DNA from: Nitrospirota bacterium
Lineage (GTDB): Bacteria > Nitrospirota > UBA9217
Length of the DNA: 64,000 nt
Assembly (NCBI GenBank): GCA_963741205.1
Contig: CAVUHW010000008.1
Coordinates: forward strand, 160,001 to 224,000
Reading direction: 5' to 3'
This document shows positions 1 to 11,658 of the stretch, one piece after another; positions within the stretch are counted from its first letter, which is position 1; every line of letters begins with the position of its first letter. The position numbers and the translations under genes were made by a program. Below the pieces are notes generated by a model, which had not been told where the DNA came from, did not search any database, and was given only the letters and a program-made list of their open reading frames with translations.

Positions 1-111
1 GTATTACAGTACGAAGAGAGTTGAGAGCAAGGAGGGAAACTTCGGGGGTATAGCTACCATCTTTTATCAGAAATCGTGAACGCCGCGCGGAGCATGATAG
101 GTGTTAGGAAA

Positions 112-748
112 TCAGGGGAACACCGCTCCCTGCGTGGCCCCATGAGCAGTGTCGATATCGTACTGTTTCTGGTCGTAATCCAATTTTTTCATCTCCGCGC
201 TGGCCAGGGCCTTCACATACCGGTCGAGCTCCGCACAGGTGCGGGAGGGCGAAAGCTCGGCCACGGCTTTGGTTAGTTCGGCGGCTGCATCCACGGCCCG
301 ATCTCGATGACCGCTTTCATGCATGGTAAGGTTTTTCTCGTAGGTTTCCCATTTGTCCGCAAGCTGCTGCGGAGCATCGGCTGACTTTGCCCACTTGGGC
401 AAGCGATAGGTGATATCGACGGTCACGGTGAATGAATCCGCGGTGCAGGCCTGGCCATCCTGGTTGCGGCCGTAGTCCCATTTCATTTTCCAACTCGTGA
501 CGGCGTCGTATTTTTTGCCGTCGTTCCAGGAAATGCACTTCTGCTTCAAACTATGTTTAACGTCGGCTTCACAACAGCCGCACACTTCATAGTATTCATA
601 TTGTTCCTTCACCCGGGGCGGAACGATCGTATTCCTGGTCTGGAGGGAACCTCCCTTTTCGAGGTTGGCGATGACGGTCCCGCCATCTCCCGCGAAAGTT
701 AATGAGGAAAAAAGTTAAGATCAGAAAGGAAAGAGCAATGCTTTTCAT
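112..748 (-). CDS. DUF922 family putative secreted Zn-dependent protease (indel near the 5' end)
   Basis: ORF 112..612 has an HESGH (HExxH) motif in the context LTMHESGHRDRA and ends YDIDTAHGATQGAVFP. An upstream ATG at 748 with a signal-like start is out of frame. Confidence 0.7.
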
Positions 749-1095
749 AAACCCCTTCATGTTCCGCCGCGATATGATGTACGAACGCAGCTTCTAGTTA
801 TCAATATGATACGACTTTAAACGTTCGGTTTCAAGACTAAAAAACTCCGCTAAAATGCGGCGTAGGGCGCAGTTCATTCAAATTCCCGGCCTCGCGCAAG
901 TCCACACACCCTGTCCCATAAATGGGAGGCCATAAACCCGGCTGGGTTCAATCACGGCACTGAATAATCCCAGATCTTTTTGTGGCAACCTCCTTGATAA
1001 ATTTCATCGGATTTAACCACAGAATCACGGAAACCCTCGTCGGGGGAATTGGCGAGATTTTTGATGTCAAGCCAAAAGAGAGGCGTGCAGGGGAG

Positions 1096-2309
1096 TTACT
1101 GTTTATTGTCCTCCTCCACCGCTTTCTTCAGCATATCGAGGATGCCGGGGATGGCCGACGTCACCCGGTTCCAGTTCGGGATGAGCGGCGCGCCCAGGGG
1201 ATTTTCCATGAACTTTTCGGCCGCCAGGGCGATGGCCCGCGTAAACGCCTCGACTGCCTTCGCCTCTTCGTGACGGTCGAATACGAGGCCGTTGATCGCC
1301 GCATCCGCCTCGTATTTCATGATGGTGTCCTCGGCGTTCCTCAGGTAAGCCGCGGAAAGGGACTTGAACAGGCCGTCGGAGAACACGACCCCTTCGGAGG
1401 CCAGGGTCCGGAACACGGACTTGCAGATGTCCACCGTCATCTTCATCAGACCTTTTTCCGGATCATCGGCCGAGAGCGGCTGGTGTTTATGCTCGTAGGT
1501 AGTCGGCGATGTCAACCTGGCAGATCCGGCGCGGAGAATAGTTCCGGTACACCTCGGCCAGGGAGCCGACCTCCAGCCCCCAGTCCCAGGGGATCCGGTT
1601 CACCCGCGCCATGTCCGTGGTCATGCAGAACTCGCCCGCAAGGGGATAGCGGAAGCTGTCGAGAAAGATGAGGAAACTGGTGCGGCCCGATGAGCAGCTG
1701 GAGCGACCGGACGAGGGGCGTCACCATGAGCCGCGTCACGCGTCCGTGCATCCTGTCCGTCACCCTGCTGTAGAAGCCCTTGCAGAACACATAATCGAGG
1801 TTGGGATTCACCACAGGGTAGCAGAGGCGGGCGAGCATCTCCCTGTTGTAGCTGACGATGTCGCAGTCATGGAGCGCGATGACGTCGGCCTTCGCCGCCG
1901 CGAGCACGTATCCGTAGGCGAGCCAGCAGGACCGGCCTTTTCCGTCCTGTCCCGGGTCGAGGCCGTTTCTCCTGATGGTATCGTAGATCTCCCGGATGCG
2001 TTTTCCCTCGTTGTGGATGATCTTGACCTCGTAGGGAATGGGAGACATGAACTCCCGCACTTTCGAAAACTCCTTGTCCGAAGCCCTGCCCAAAACGAGG
2101 ACGATCTGTTCGAGATATTTGACCTTGGCAAGCTCGCTGACGATCCCCGGCATGGCCCTGCCTTCGAATTCCGAGTACAGCGCGGGAAGAACGAGCGCGA
2201 TCGGCCGCGTCCTCGAATGCCCCCGCAGTTCCATTTCAAGCCGTTCCAGCGACGGCTGACCGAGTTTGTGGAGCGTTGTGATGATGCCTGTCTGGTAAAA
2301 GTCCGACAT
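1096..2309 (-). CDS. gpgS: glucosyl-3-phosphoglycerate synthase-type glycosyltransferase (split by indels)
   Basis: N-terminus MSDFYQTGIITTLH; motifs GKGRSCW, IALHDCDI, KGFYSR and GRVTRL; C-terminal ORF 1096..1515 has YEHKHQ and PLIPNWNRV. Confidence 0.75.
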
Positions 2310-2319
2310 GATGCCTACC

Positions 2320-3018
2320 TCAGATGTGATTGATGTCCTTTTTATCCTCGTCCTTTTTTCCCATCTCCTTTTCGATGATCTTCCTTGCGACATCGATGCC
2401 GCCGACGCCGAAGGAAATGACCATGGTCAGGACAGTGCCTCCGAAGATAATGGAAAACGCCGTCACCACGATGGCCGGCGCCACCTCGAGCTGCTCCAGG
2501 GCCATTGCAACGAACAAGGCGGTCATGAGCACCCGCACCGCATCGGCAAGAGGTCTCGCGAACAGGTGCCCCCGGTTCACCGCTCCGATGAGGACGGCCC
2601 TGCCGATGAACCCTGTCGCGATATACCCGACGACCAGGATCAGAACGGCGGATAGCATCCGCGGCCCGTACAGGATGAAACGCGTAATGAGATTGTCCAT
2701 GGCCTGGAAATTGAGCGCGCTGAAGCCCGCCATCAATACTCCAATAATCAGGAACCAGTACACGAGTGATCCCACAGCACGGGACGGCTTGTTCCAGAGG
2801 TCTCCTTTCCGCATGACCGAGGTCAGCCCCATTCTGTCGCTCCAGCTGTCGAACTGCACGGCCCTGAGCAGCTTGAGCAGAACGAACCGGACGATTCTCG
2901 CCGCCATAATACCGACGAGAATGATGATGAGCATGACCAGAAGGTTCGGGCAGAACCTCGCGAATCGGTAGTACACGTCCCTCAGTTGTTCAAGGACTAA
3001 AGTGGCGAATGTCTCCAT
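2320..3018 (-). CDS. TM_helix-repeat membrane protein (CmpX/MscS N-terminal-like)
   Basis: Several hydrophobic helices, repeated PNLL/PRML-(A/V)LILxVG pattern, and ALEQL and SFGVGG motifs. Confidence 0.7.
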   Translation of the reverse strand: METFATLVLEQLRDVYYRFARFCPNLLVMLIIILVGIMAARIVRFVLLKLLRAVQFDSWSDRMGLTSVMRKGDLWNKPSRAVGSLVYWFLIIGVLMAGFSALNFQAMDNLITRFILYGPRMLSAVLILVVGYIATGFIGRAVLIGAVNRGHLFARPLADAVRVLMTALFVAMALEQLEVAPAIVVTAFSIIFGGTVLTMVISFGVGGIDVARKIIEKEMGKKDEDKKDINHI

Positions 3019-3034
3019 GATGCACCTCCCGGGA

Positions 3035-4307
3035 TTATTTCCAATTGTTGACCAGGTAACCCTTGCCATCCTCGAATTCCAGGCAGAGTTTTTCGATCTC
3101 CGCCTCGGCTTCGCTTTGGCTCTTGTCCCTGACCTCCATGACGAAGGAAGCGGTCTTTCCGAGATAGAGAGGCGTCAGGGACCCGAGAAGATGTTCGCTG
3201 GGCAGCTTTCTCTTGTGGTATGCAAGGGCGTAATCGTAGACGACGCAGGCCCACAGTTTGGGAGGGAACCTGAATTCCTCGTCAGGGCGGGCAGAAAGGG
3301 CGACGAGCTCGCTAAAGTCTCCGCTCCCGAGGACGGCAGTCCATATCTCCTTCAGGTCCTTGAGCCCCGCCCTGAACCTGCGCAGCATCCTGCCTGCGTC
3401 AACCGTCACCTGTTCCAGGCCGACTTCATACTGAAAACCGAAGCTCTCCGCCGGCACGGAACCGCGTATTTTCTTCCACACGTGTTCGTAGCTTTCCATG
3501 AGCCCGAAGGTGGAACCCACTACCTGGTAGAGCATGGCGGAAAGGTCCGCGCCCGGGTCCTTGGGATCGTGGATCTTCGCGCCGAGAAAAGCCTGGGCGA
3601 CCCTGCAATCGTTCGCTATGCGCCTCGGTGGTCATCCAGATGTCGATGCCGTACCGCGCAACGTCGGTCTGCCAGACGTCCTTGGAGAGGTAAATGTTTC
3701 GCGAGGTCCCCGGAAAAGCCGAAGTCCCCGCCGATCGGCTGTCGCACCCGCTTGCCGTAAAGCGCCCGGGTCAGGGGATAGATGATGCTGTTCGTGATGG
3801 TGCCGTCGTACTTGTGCCGGTGATACAGCGGGGCGACGTAATCGACCCCCTCATCGAGCACCGGCTTTAACAGCAGCTCGATCCACTCGGGCGTGATGCT
3901 CCGGAGGTCCGAGTCGACGACCGCGCAGGCCTTTACGCCCGAGCGCACCGGCAATTTCGAAGATCGTCCGGAAAGCGCTCCCTTTCCCCGGGAGCCCGTG
4001 ATAAGGGATGGCCATCTTATGGGCCGGCTCGACCCGATGGTTGAGCAGGATGGACTGGAAATTCTCAATGACCGTGTTCTGCACGATCTCCGACAGTGCC
4101 GTCGGTGGAACCTCCGTCGGAATCGATGAGCACTGCCTTTCGGTCGGGGAAATATTTTGCGAGGCCCGCCTGCACGGCGCGTACGACATGGCCGATGGTC
4201 CGGGCGTTATTGAAGCTCGGGATGCCGACGAGGATGTCGGCAGTCTTGATCTTTTCAAGCTGATCGGTAACCGTCTTTCTGGATGCTATCGTGTCCATTT
4301 CCGTCAT
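3035..4307 (-). CDS. GT-A glycosyltransferase, glucosylglycerate/mannosylglycerate synthase-like (split by indels)
   Basis: Fragments 4065..4307, 3616..4068 and 3035..3535 join into one gene: ADILVGIPSFNNARTIGHVV, DGGSTDGT, VDSDLRSITPEW, RHKYDGTITN, RQPIGGDFG, LTPLYLG. Confidence 0.75.
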
Positions 4308-4315
4308 AATTCATT

Positions 4316-4411
4316 TCCTCTCCTTCAAGGGGAGGATAAGGTGGGGATGGGTCTTGTGGAACCGGCAATAAACCCATCCTCACCCCGGCCCTCTCCTTGA
4401 AGGAGAGGGAG
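4316..4411. repeat. palindromic intergenic repeat of the CCCTCTCC..GGAGAGGG class
   Basis: TCCTCTCCTTCAAGGGGAGG..GGTGGGGATGGGT...ACCCATCCTCACCCC..CCCTCTCCTTGAAGGAGAGGGA forms a long imperfect palindrome. A remnant lies near 25752-25792. Confidence 0.7.
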
Positions 4412-4422
4412 TCTAACTACAG

Positions 4423-4794
4423 CTATCCTTCGACAAGGATGATCTGCAAATCCATCACATTCGTTCCGATCGGACCGGTCAGAACGTGATGTTTTTCGCG
4501 CGTTCGTGAGTCGACCCTGGCGAAAAAAGTATAGGAGTCATAGTTTCCCAGATAGGTCTCCGGTTGGACGCTGATGTCGCAGGCCTTTCGGACCAAGGAC
4601 CACGAGCGCCCTCCCCATCGCGCAGCGGCCTTCCCGGCGCCCACGACGACTATGCGCTCGAAGGCATCGAGGCGGTAGACATCTCCAGGCGACGACCCGC
4701 CGTCTTCCCGCCGCAGAGTCTCGAGCACAGCCCTATAGGGGGCCACGGCCGCGAGAGCCGCTTTGAAAATGTTCAAGAGCAATTCACGATCCAT
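4423..4794 (-). pseudogene. glycerate kinase (DUF4147/MOFRL type) with a large internal deletion
   Basis: 123 aa. The N-terminal IFKAALAAVAP..VVVGAGKAA joins almost directly to the C-terminal MOFRL motif YLGNYDSYTFF..TGPIGTNVMDLQIILV. Confidence 0.75.
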
Positions 4795-5587
4795 GTTCGA
4801 TCAGCTCCAGCACCGCCTTGTTCCAGCCGGACGGTCCTATGCCTTTCGCTTTGATAAGGTGAGGGACCCGGACCCGTTGATCGTAGCCTTCGTCTTCTTT
4901 TTGGACCAGGACGGGACGGTCGACTTCCCGCAGAAGCGGCAGGTCGTTCAGACTGTCTCCAATCCCGATGGAAATAAGTTTACCACGTTTGCTCTCATAC
5001 CATTGTTTCAAAAGGCGAACAGCCTTTCCCTTGTCATGGTCCCCCATCAAGTAATGGAGCCTGCCCTGTGTCCAGTGGAGTCCGCGATCCTCGATGGCCC
5101 TGAGGAACCGCTCGTCGGTTCCGCGCTCGAAAACAAAAGGTTCACCGAACTCCCGCTGCCTGGCCAACTCCGCTTCGTCTGGGGAAAGGCCCGTCAGTTC
5201 TGATATCTCCTTCACCGTCATGTCGCCAAACCCCTTTACCGGTACATGCAGGCTTTCCCGCAGTTCTGTAAACTCCTTCCTGATTTCCGCATAAGGCTTG
5301 CCGAAAGCGCTGATAGTATAGTCCCCGCTTCGTATACTTCCGGTCGGAAAAATAAAATATCCAACGGGGACGAAGATAGCGCCGCCGTTTTCCGCAACGA
5401 AGGGGTCCCCGTTTTGCAAGCGCTTCCGGTAGACTTCAATTTCGGCCTTCGTCTTGCTGGAGCACAGGACCAGGGGAATGTCCTTCTCTCTGAGCAGGTC
5501 CAGGGCGGGCAGCGCTTCGATGAAAGAATACGTTTTCGGATGAAGTAGAGAACCGTCAAGGTCAGTGAAAACGATTATTTTCTTCAT
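4784..5587 (-). CDS. mpgP: glucosyl/mannosyl-3-phosphoglycerate phosphatase (HAD-IIB)
   Basis: FTDLDGSLL, CSSKT, ENGG, DKGKAV and GDSLNDLPLL motifs; clustered with the gpgS-type synthase. Confidence 0.85.
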   Translation of the reverse strand: MKKIIVFTDLDGSLLHPKTYSFIEALPALDLLREKDIPLVLCSSKTKAEIEVYRKRLQNGDPFVAENGGAIFVPVGYFIFPTGSIRSGDYTISAFGKPYAEIRKEFTELRESLHVPVKGFGDMTVKEISELTGLSPDEAELARQREFGEPFVFERGTDERFLRAIEDRGLHWTQGRLHYLMGDHDKGKAVRLLKQWYESKRGKLISIGIGDSLNDLPLLREVDRPVLVQKEDEGYDQRVRVPHLIKAKGIGPSGWNKAVLELIEHGS

Positions 5588-5731
5588 TGCCTGTTCCTTC
5601 CTGGACCTTCGAGAGCTGCTTTCTGTTCCCCGTAAAAAAAGGATAGCAATCGCATCTATCCATCATAGATGTTCTCGCCATCCACCTTTCCCGCTGGAAA
5701 CCTTATGTACTAATAGTAATAGCATACTCCA

Positions 5732-5762
5732 TGCACAACATTTAGTCACGTGCCTAAAATAA
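5732..5762. promoter_or_regulatory. candidate NtrC-type enhancer upstream of amtB-1
   Basis: TGCACAACATTTAGTCACGTGCCTAAAATAA aligns with a similar block at 14157 and resembles NtrC TGCAC-N7-GTGCA half-sites. Confidence 0.55.
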
Positions 5763-5875
5763 CATCCGCATTTGCGGCGTGATGAAAGTTCGCGCACAGG
5801 CACAAGCACCGCGCATGAGCTCTATCCTGTAATGAAATCAATATGATTGTCATAATACTTCAACGCCTTCTTCTT

Positions 5876-5891
5876 TGGCATGTGCCTTGCT
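5876..5891 (+). promoter_or_regulatory. sigma54 -24/-12 promoter of amtB-glnK
   Basis: TGGCATGTGCCTTGCT has GG-N10-GC spacing and lies about 55 bp before the amtB start. Confidence 0.85.
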
Positions 5892-5947
5892 TATTATCAC
5901 ATGCAGAATAATTAAACATGGCATCATCAAACAAGGAGGAATGTACC

Positions 5948-7364
5948 ATGAAAGAAGCATGGAGTGAAATGTGTTCGCTGTTGTTGCAGTGCTTCTGATA
6001 TTCGCGGCGTTTTGCGCGCCGGCCTTGGTCATGGCGGAGGAGACGGTTGCCCCTGCGCCCGCGGCTGCCGCGGCTGCGGCTGCCCCTGCGCCGAAGATCG
6101 ACACCGGCGACACGGCATGGATGATCGTTGCCACGGCGCTGGTCATGCTCATGTCCATACCTGGCCTGGCGCTCTTTTACGGCGGACTGGCAAAGCGCAA
6201 GGATGCGCTGAACACCATGGCCATGACCTTCGTGACCTTCTGCATCGTGAGCGTGCTGTGGGTCATCTACGGCTACACGTTTTCGTTCGATACCGACATC
6301 AAAGGCATTATCGGCAGGGCATCGAAGTTGTTCCTGAAAGGTGTGGGGCCGAACAGCATCTCGGACCTGGCCAAGACGATCCCGGAGTACATCTTCATTG
6401 CGTACCAGCTCACCTTTGCGGCAATCACCGTGGCCCTGGCCTCGCGGCGCATACATCGAGCGCATGAAGTTCTCATCGTGGATCATCTTTTCCGTGCTCT
6501 GGATGACGGTCGTCTACCTTCCGGTGGCCCACTGGGTATGGGGCAACGGGTTCCTTGCAAAACTGGGGGCGCTTGATTTCGCCGGCGGAACGGTCGTGCA
6601 TGTCAACGCCGGAATCGCGGCGCTGGTCGGCGCTCTGGTGCTCGGCAGGCGCAAGGATAAGGCATCATTCCGCACAACCTGACACTCGTCGTGACCGGCG
6701 CGGGCCTCCTGTGGTTCGGCTGGTTCGGGTTCAATGCCGGTTCAGCCCTGGCGGCGAACGGCCTGGCCGGCGCTGCCTTCCTCAATACCAATACCGCGAC
6801 AGCAGTCGCGGCCATTTCCTGGATGGCCGTTGAATGGATGCATTCCGGAAAGGCCACGGTCCTGGGCCTCGCGTCCGGCGCCGTCGGGCGGCCTGGTGGC
6901 CATCACCCCGGCAGCGGGATTCGTCAACATCGGCGGCGCCATCATCATCGGCATCGCGGCAGGCGTGGTCCCTTTCTTTGCCGTGGCGAAGCTCAAGCCC
7001 CTGTTCGGGTATGACGACACGCTTGACGCATTCGGCATCCACGGCGTGGGCGGGACCATCGGGCGCGATCCTGACGGGCGTGTTCGCGGACCCGGCGATC
7101 AACGAGGCAGGCAAGGGGCTTTTGTACGGAAACCCCGGCCAGCTCTGGACCCAGATCGTGGCCGTGCTGGTGACGCTCGTGTACAGCGGCGTCATGACCT
7201 TCATCATCTTCATGATCATCAAGGTGACCGTCGGGCTCCGGGTCGGCGCGGAAGAGGAGACCATCGGCCTCGATGAAAGCGAGCATGGTGAAAGGGCGTA
7301 TAATTCAGTTAGTGAACAGGAGTCAGGGGTCAGGAGTCAGGAGAAAAATCATTCACACGCCTGA
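5948..7364 (+). CDS. amtB: ammonium transporter AmtB (several indels; true stop probably near 7312)
   Basis: [56 protein letters not shown] and [12 protein letters not shown] motifs across frames; RBS AAGGAGGA at 5933. Confidence 0.95.
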
Positions 7365-7401
7365 CCGCAAACGTTGGATCCCGTACTCTGTACTTTTATA
7401 A

Positions 7402-7748
<347 letters not shown>

Positions 7749-7771
7749 GAGGTCGCCGTCTATCTTCCCTG

Positions 7772-7806
7772 GGCCGGCATGTTCCGTTGCATGCCGGCCT
7801 TTTTTT
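7772..7806 (+). terminator. intrinsic terminator after glnK
   Basis: GGCCGGCATG / CATGCCGGCC stem followed by a T run. Confidence 0.85.
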
Positions 7807-7904
7807 CGCGATGTGTCACCCTCCTTCGAAAGTTTTTTCTCTTCCTTTGTCAATGTCAATCTTCCTATCGCGGGATGTGACCGTCCCGCGGGAAATGCTT
7901 CCGT

Positions 7905-9463
7905 TTACTGCACGGCTGCCATCGTACCGTGGCCTCCGGCAATCTTGTTCACGGTCAGGCCGAACTGGGCGAAGGCAGTTGTAAGCGACTGCGGTATGCT
8001 GGCGGCGGCCACTACCGCTCCTGACGGGCTCAGGAGGTCGCTCACGAAGACCAGGTTCTCCCCGGACACGTGGGCTATGACCATGTCCACGGCGTGGGTG
8101 TTCTGGACCGGATAAACTCCCACGGTCCGAATTCCGTCGGTAAAGGTCAGGCCTGCTGCAGGTACTGCCGAAACAGCGACCTGACGCGGATTATTCTGAA
8201 GGGCGTCCGGAACCAGGGTGTGCGGCGCGTCGAGACGGCCTGGAAGTGTGCCTGGCTCTGGGCCCCTACGACGATCGTCGCCCCCTCGGCTGCATATGCC
8301 CTCACGCCTCCGGAATGATCGAAGTGGAAGTGCGTAACCACGATGTCGCGGATGGGTTTACCGGGGAACCGGGTCTTGATCTCCGCGATCACGGCCTGGG
8401 ACCTGGATTCGTAGAGCGGAGGCTCCACGACGATCACATGATCCGCCATCTCCACGACGAGGCTGTTGTGGGTCACACCGGACACGAACCAGACCCCTGA
8501 GCCCGGGCTGCTTTCCGTAAATACAACAGGATGGGACAGGTCCGCATAACTGGGCAGGCCGAGCCCCTGGCGCCGCAGGAAGTACTGAGACATCCGCTCC
8601 CCGCGCAGGGCGTCCGCGGGATCATAAGGCAATTGCAGGTCCGACGGGATATCGAGGGCGCCGGCTTGTACCTGTACGTTGTTTTGTACTGCCGAGAGCT
8701 GTTCCGTCGCTATGGTGACTGTTCTGCCCAGGCCTTCCAGGCGCTGGGTCAGGCTGAAGGGAACCATGATATCGCCTGTCTGACGCCAGTCGGCGTAGAG
8801 CACCTCGTAGCGGGTGTCTCCGTAGATTGGATCGTCCTCGACCGTGTCAGCCTTGGCTGGAAGAAAGGTGTCAGGATCGATGAATATCCGGACCGGGCTC
8901 ACGCCTCCGGCCAGGGCTATTACATGGTGAGTCTTGCCGTCAAACTCCTCGTCCGGCATGGTCTCGACGGATTGCGGTGAATCCAGGGTTTCCTTCATGA
9001 GAAGCAGAGGAGAGGTAAGACGATGGAGTTTCATCAGGGTCGCGACCCTCGCCGAAAGCATCCCGCTCCGTGACGCCGCTGCGTTAGCGGTGTCTTGTCC
9101 GTCCATGAAGCCCTGGTTGACGTTTACCACCTCGGAGTATGTCAGAGTTGCCGCGAAGGGATAGACGACTCCTCTTACCCAATCGTAGCGAAAGCGGTTG
9201 CCTGCCAGATCCTGGGTAAGCGTGTACTGGTAGGAGGACACCATAAGCGGCTGGTCGCCTGGCTGATACGTCTGCTCCGGCTCGAACCACGTGCCCGAGG
9301 CCGTGATCTGCTGGGTCTCCACGGCGTGGATCGCCGCCCTTCCTCCCATCGCAGCCGCAGTCCGTTCCGTTACACCCGCCTCTCCGCTTTTCTTGCTGCA
9401 TCCGAACAAAACTGCGGCCGTGATAAGAATCAAGATCAAGAAGTGCTTCTTCGAGTTGTTCAT
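7905..9463 (-). CDS. MBL-fold metallo-hydrolase lipoprotein (indels near the 3' end)
   Basis: Lipobox VLFGC; THFHFDHSGG (HxHxDH) motif; C-terminal fragment 7905..8123 has NTHAVDM, FVSDL and GGHG. Confidence 0.8.
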
Positions 9464-9754
9464 GACCGCTCCTTTCTCCTTACAAGGTTTTTTAAAAGGC
9501 CTTGCATCTTCAACCTAACTATCTTGAGGGATATTGTCTTCTGTCAAAATTTAATCATGATGGGATGAAAGTTGTCAATCATGATAAAGTCGCAGGAAAC
9601 CATTTAAGTTATGAGGGACGCGCTGTCCATGAACAAGGAGTTCCTCTGTCTTGCCCGAGCCGCCGGCGGTGGGGTAAACTGTTGATAGAGAGCGGGATGA
9701 CGTCGTCCCGGCACTCCGCATGCCGGCGAGGGCGGCGGTTATCAGGAGCTGATC

Positions 9755-10870
9755 ATGAACCAGAAGGCTGTATCTTTATTTCTCTGCGGTGATGTCATGA
9801 CCGGACGGGGGATTGATCAGGTCCTGGCCCATCCATCCGATCCCCGCATCCATGAACCGTACATGACGGATGCGCGCGGATATGTCGGTCTTGCCGAGCA
9901 GGCAAACGGTCCCATGGGAAAGCCGGTCGAATTCTCCGCGATCTGGGGCGACGCTATCACTGAACTGGACCGGCAGGCTCCCGATGTTCGCCTGATTAAC
10001 CTCGAGACATCCGTTACCAAGAGCGACGACTTCTGGAAGGGGAAAGGCATCAATTACCGTATGCACCCCGAGAATATCCCGGTCCTGTCCGCCGCCCGCA
10101 TCAACCTTGTCGCCCTTGCGAATAACCACGTGCTCGACTGGGGATATGCGGGTCTCGTGGAGACCATCGATACGTTGAAAAAGGTGAAGATAGGGTATGC
10201 AGGCGCAGGCAGGAACATGGCGGAAGCCGCGGCACCGGCTGTCCAGGATCTCGGAAGGGCGCGGGTGCTGGTATTTTCTTATGCCACGGAATCGAGCGGC
10301 GTACCGGTTGCCTGGCGAGCGGGTGAAAACAGGCCGGGGGTAAATGTGATAGCTGACCTTTCGGAGAACACGGTGCGCCGCATAGGGGAAGAGGTGAGGC
10401 GCGTCAAAAGGGCCGGCGACATCGCCGTAATATCGATCCATTGGGGCCCGAACTGGGGATACGAAATCACTGCTTCCGAGGAGCGTTTCAGCCACGACCT
10501 CATAAACGAGGCTGGCGTGGACCTGATCCACGGTCACTCGTCGCATCATGTCAAGAGGATCGAAGTATACCGCGGCAAGCTCATTCTTTACGGATGCGGA
10601 GATTTCCTGGACGACTATGAGGGCATCAGAGGTTTGGGGGCCTATCGCGGGGACCTGGGGCTCATGTATTTCGCACGGCTCGATCCGGAGAGCGGAAGGC
10701 TGCTCGCCCTCGACATGACGCCGACCCAGATCCGGCTCTTTCGGATAAACCGCGCATCGCCGGCTGATGCGACGCTGCTTGCGAACGTGCTGAACCGGGA
10801 AGGAAGGGGCTGCGGGACGCGCGTTACGATGGATGAGGAGAAAAGACTACAGCTCAGATGGGGTGAATAA
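9755..10870 (+). CDS. CapA / poly-gamma-glutamate biosynthesis family metallophosphoesterase
   Basis: GDVMTGRG, INLET, LANNHVLDWG, SIHWG, IHGHSSHH and YGCGDF motifs. Confidence 0.88.
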   Translation: MNQKAVSLFLCGDVMTGRGIDQVLAHPSDPRIHEPYMTDARGYVGLAEQANGPMGKPVEFSAIWGDAITELDRQAPDVRLINLETSVTKSDDFWKGKGINYRMHPENIPVLSAARINLVALANNHVLDWGYAGLVETIDTLKKVKIGYAGAGRNMAEAAAPAVQDLGRARVLVFSYATESSGVPVAWRAGENRPGVNVIADLSENTVRRIGEEVRRVKRAGDIAVISIHWGPNWGYEITASEERFSHDLINEAGVDLIHGHSSHHVKRIEVYRGKLILYGCGDFLDDYEGIRGLGAYRGDLGLMYFARLDPESGRLLALDMTPTQIRLFRINRASPADATLLANVLNREGRGCGTRVTMDEEKRLQLRWGE

Positions 10871-10887
10871 TCCTGCAAACGGCTATT

Positions 10888-11019
10888 TGGACGCAGATGA
10901 ACGCAGATTTTCGCCGATAAAACGAACTATAATCGTAATTTGGTATTCATCAATAAAGCGACGTGAGATTTTACTCAAGCTCTTGAATATCTGCGCGCAT
11001 CTGCGCAAACCCGCGTCCA
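10888..11019. repeat. MITE-like element with ACGCAGATGA-periodic inverted ends
   Basis: TGGACGCAGATGAACGCAGAT ... ATCTGCGCGCATCTGCGCAAACCCGCGTCCA; a related copy lies at 23638-23862. Confidence 0.7.
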
Positions 11020-11085
11020 CGTGCTCTTTTTGAGGATGATCGAGGGTACCGACAGGCAGGGAGCGGCGGCGAACAAGCGATCATG

Positions 11086-11655
11086 TCAGGTGCCCAGTCT
11101 TTTACCCGCTTCATAGGCCTGGCTGAGCGCCGTTGGATGCTTCAGAATGTCCCCTCGCGAGTCGATGCCGCCGAAGGAAAGGGTCTCGTGCTCCGGCACG
11201 CTCACGGTCCTGAAGAAGGCCTTGCCCGTCTCTTCCGCGCATTTTGAGCTTCCTTCTTCCTTCATTCCGCCGACGAGCAGGAGAAGACCCTTTCTCCCAT
11301 GGGGTCCCGCAGGAATGGACTTTTTCAAGATGTATTTTTCACACCAAAAGGCCTGACACCGGTCGACCATCGTCTTTGCCTGGGTGCTCAAGTTGAAGAA
11401 AAAAATAGGGGAGGCGAGAATTATTCTCTCGGCCTCCCTGATCTTTGCGTAAATGTCCGCCATGGCATCCTCGTGAACGCAGACGCCGGTTTTTGCGCAA
11501 CCGCCGCAGTCCTGGCAGGGTTTAATATTCAGGTCATAGAGGTTAAAGACCCTGACGCTGTGTCCGGCTTCACGGAGGGGCTTCAGGGCGCCCTCCAGAA
11601 GGATCTCGGTATTGCCTCCGGAACAAGGGCCGCCGTTGAACGCGACGATCTTCAA
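11086..11655 (-). CDS. iron-sulfur flavoprotein / NAD(P)H-dependent FMN reductase
   Basis: GNTEILL, CQDCGGCAKTGVC (Cx2Cx2Cx5C), ILASPIFF and KTMVDR motifs. Confidence 0.85.
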   Translation of the reverse strand: MKIVAFNGGPCSGGNTEILLEGALKPLREAGHSVRVFNLYDLNIKPCQDCGGCAKTGVCVHEDAMADIYAKIREAERIILASPIFFFNLSTQAKTMVDRCQAFWCEKYILKKSIPAGPHGRKGLLLLVGGMKEEGSSKCAEETGKAFFRTVSVPEHETLSFGGIDSRGDILKHPTALSQAYEAGKRLGT

Positions 11656-11658
11656 ACG

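Noticed and set aside
5720-5737. Minus-strand sigma54 promoter for the glucosylglycerate cluster (TGTGCATGGAGTATGCT)
   Set aside because: The invariant -24 GG is absent as written. It would fit only if one base were a sequencing insertion.
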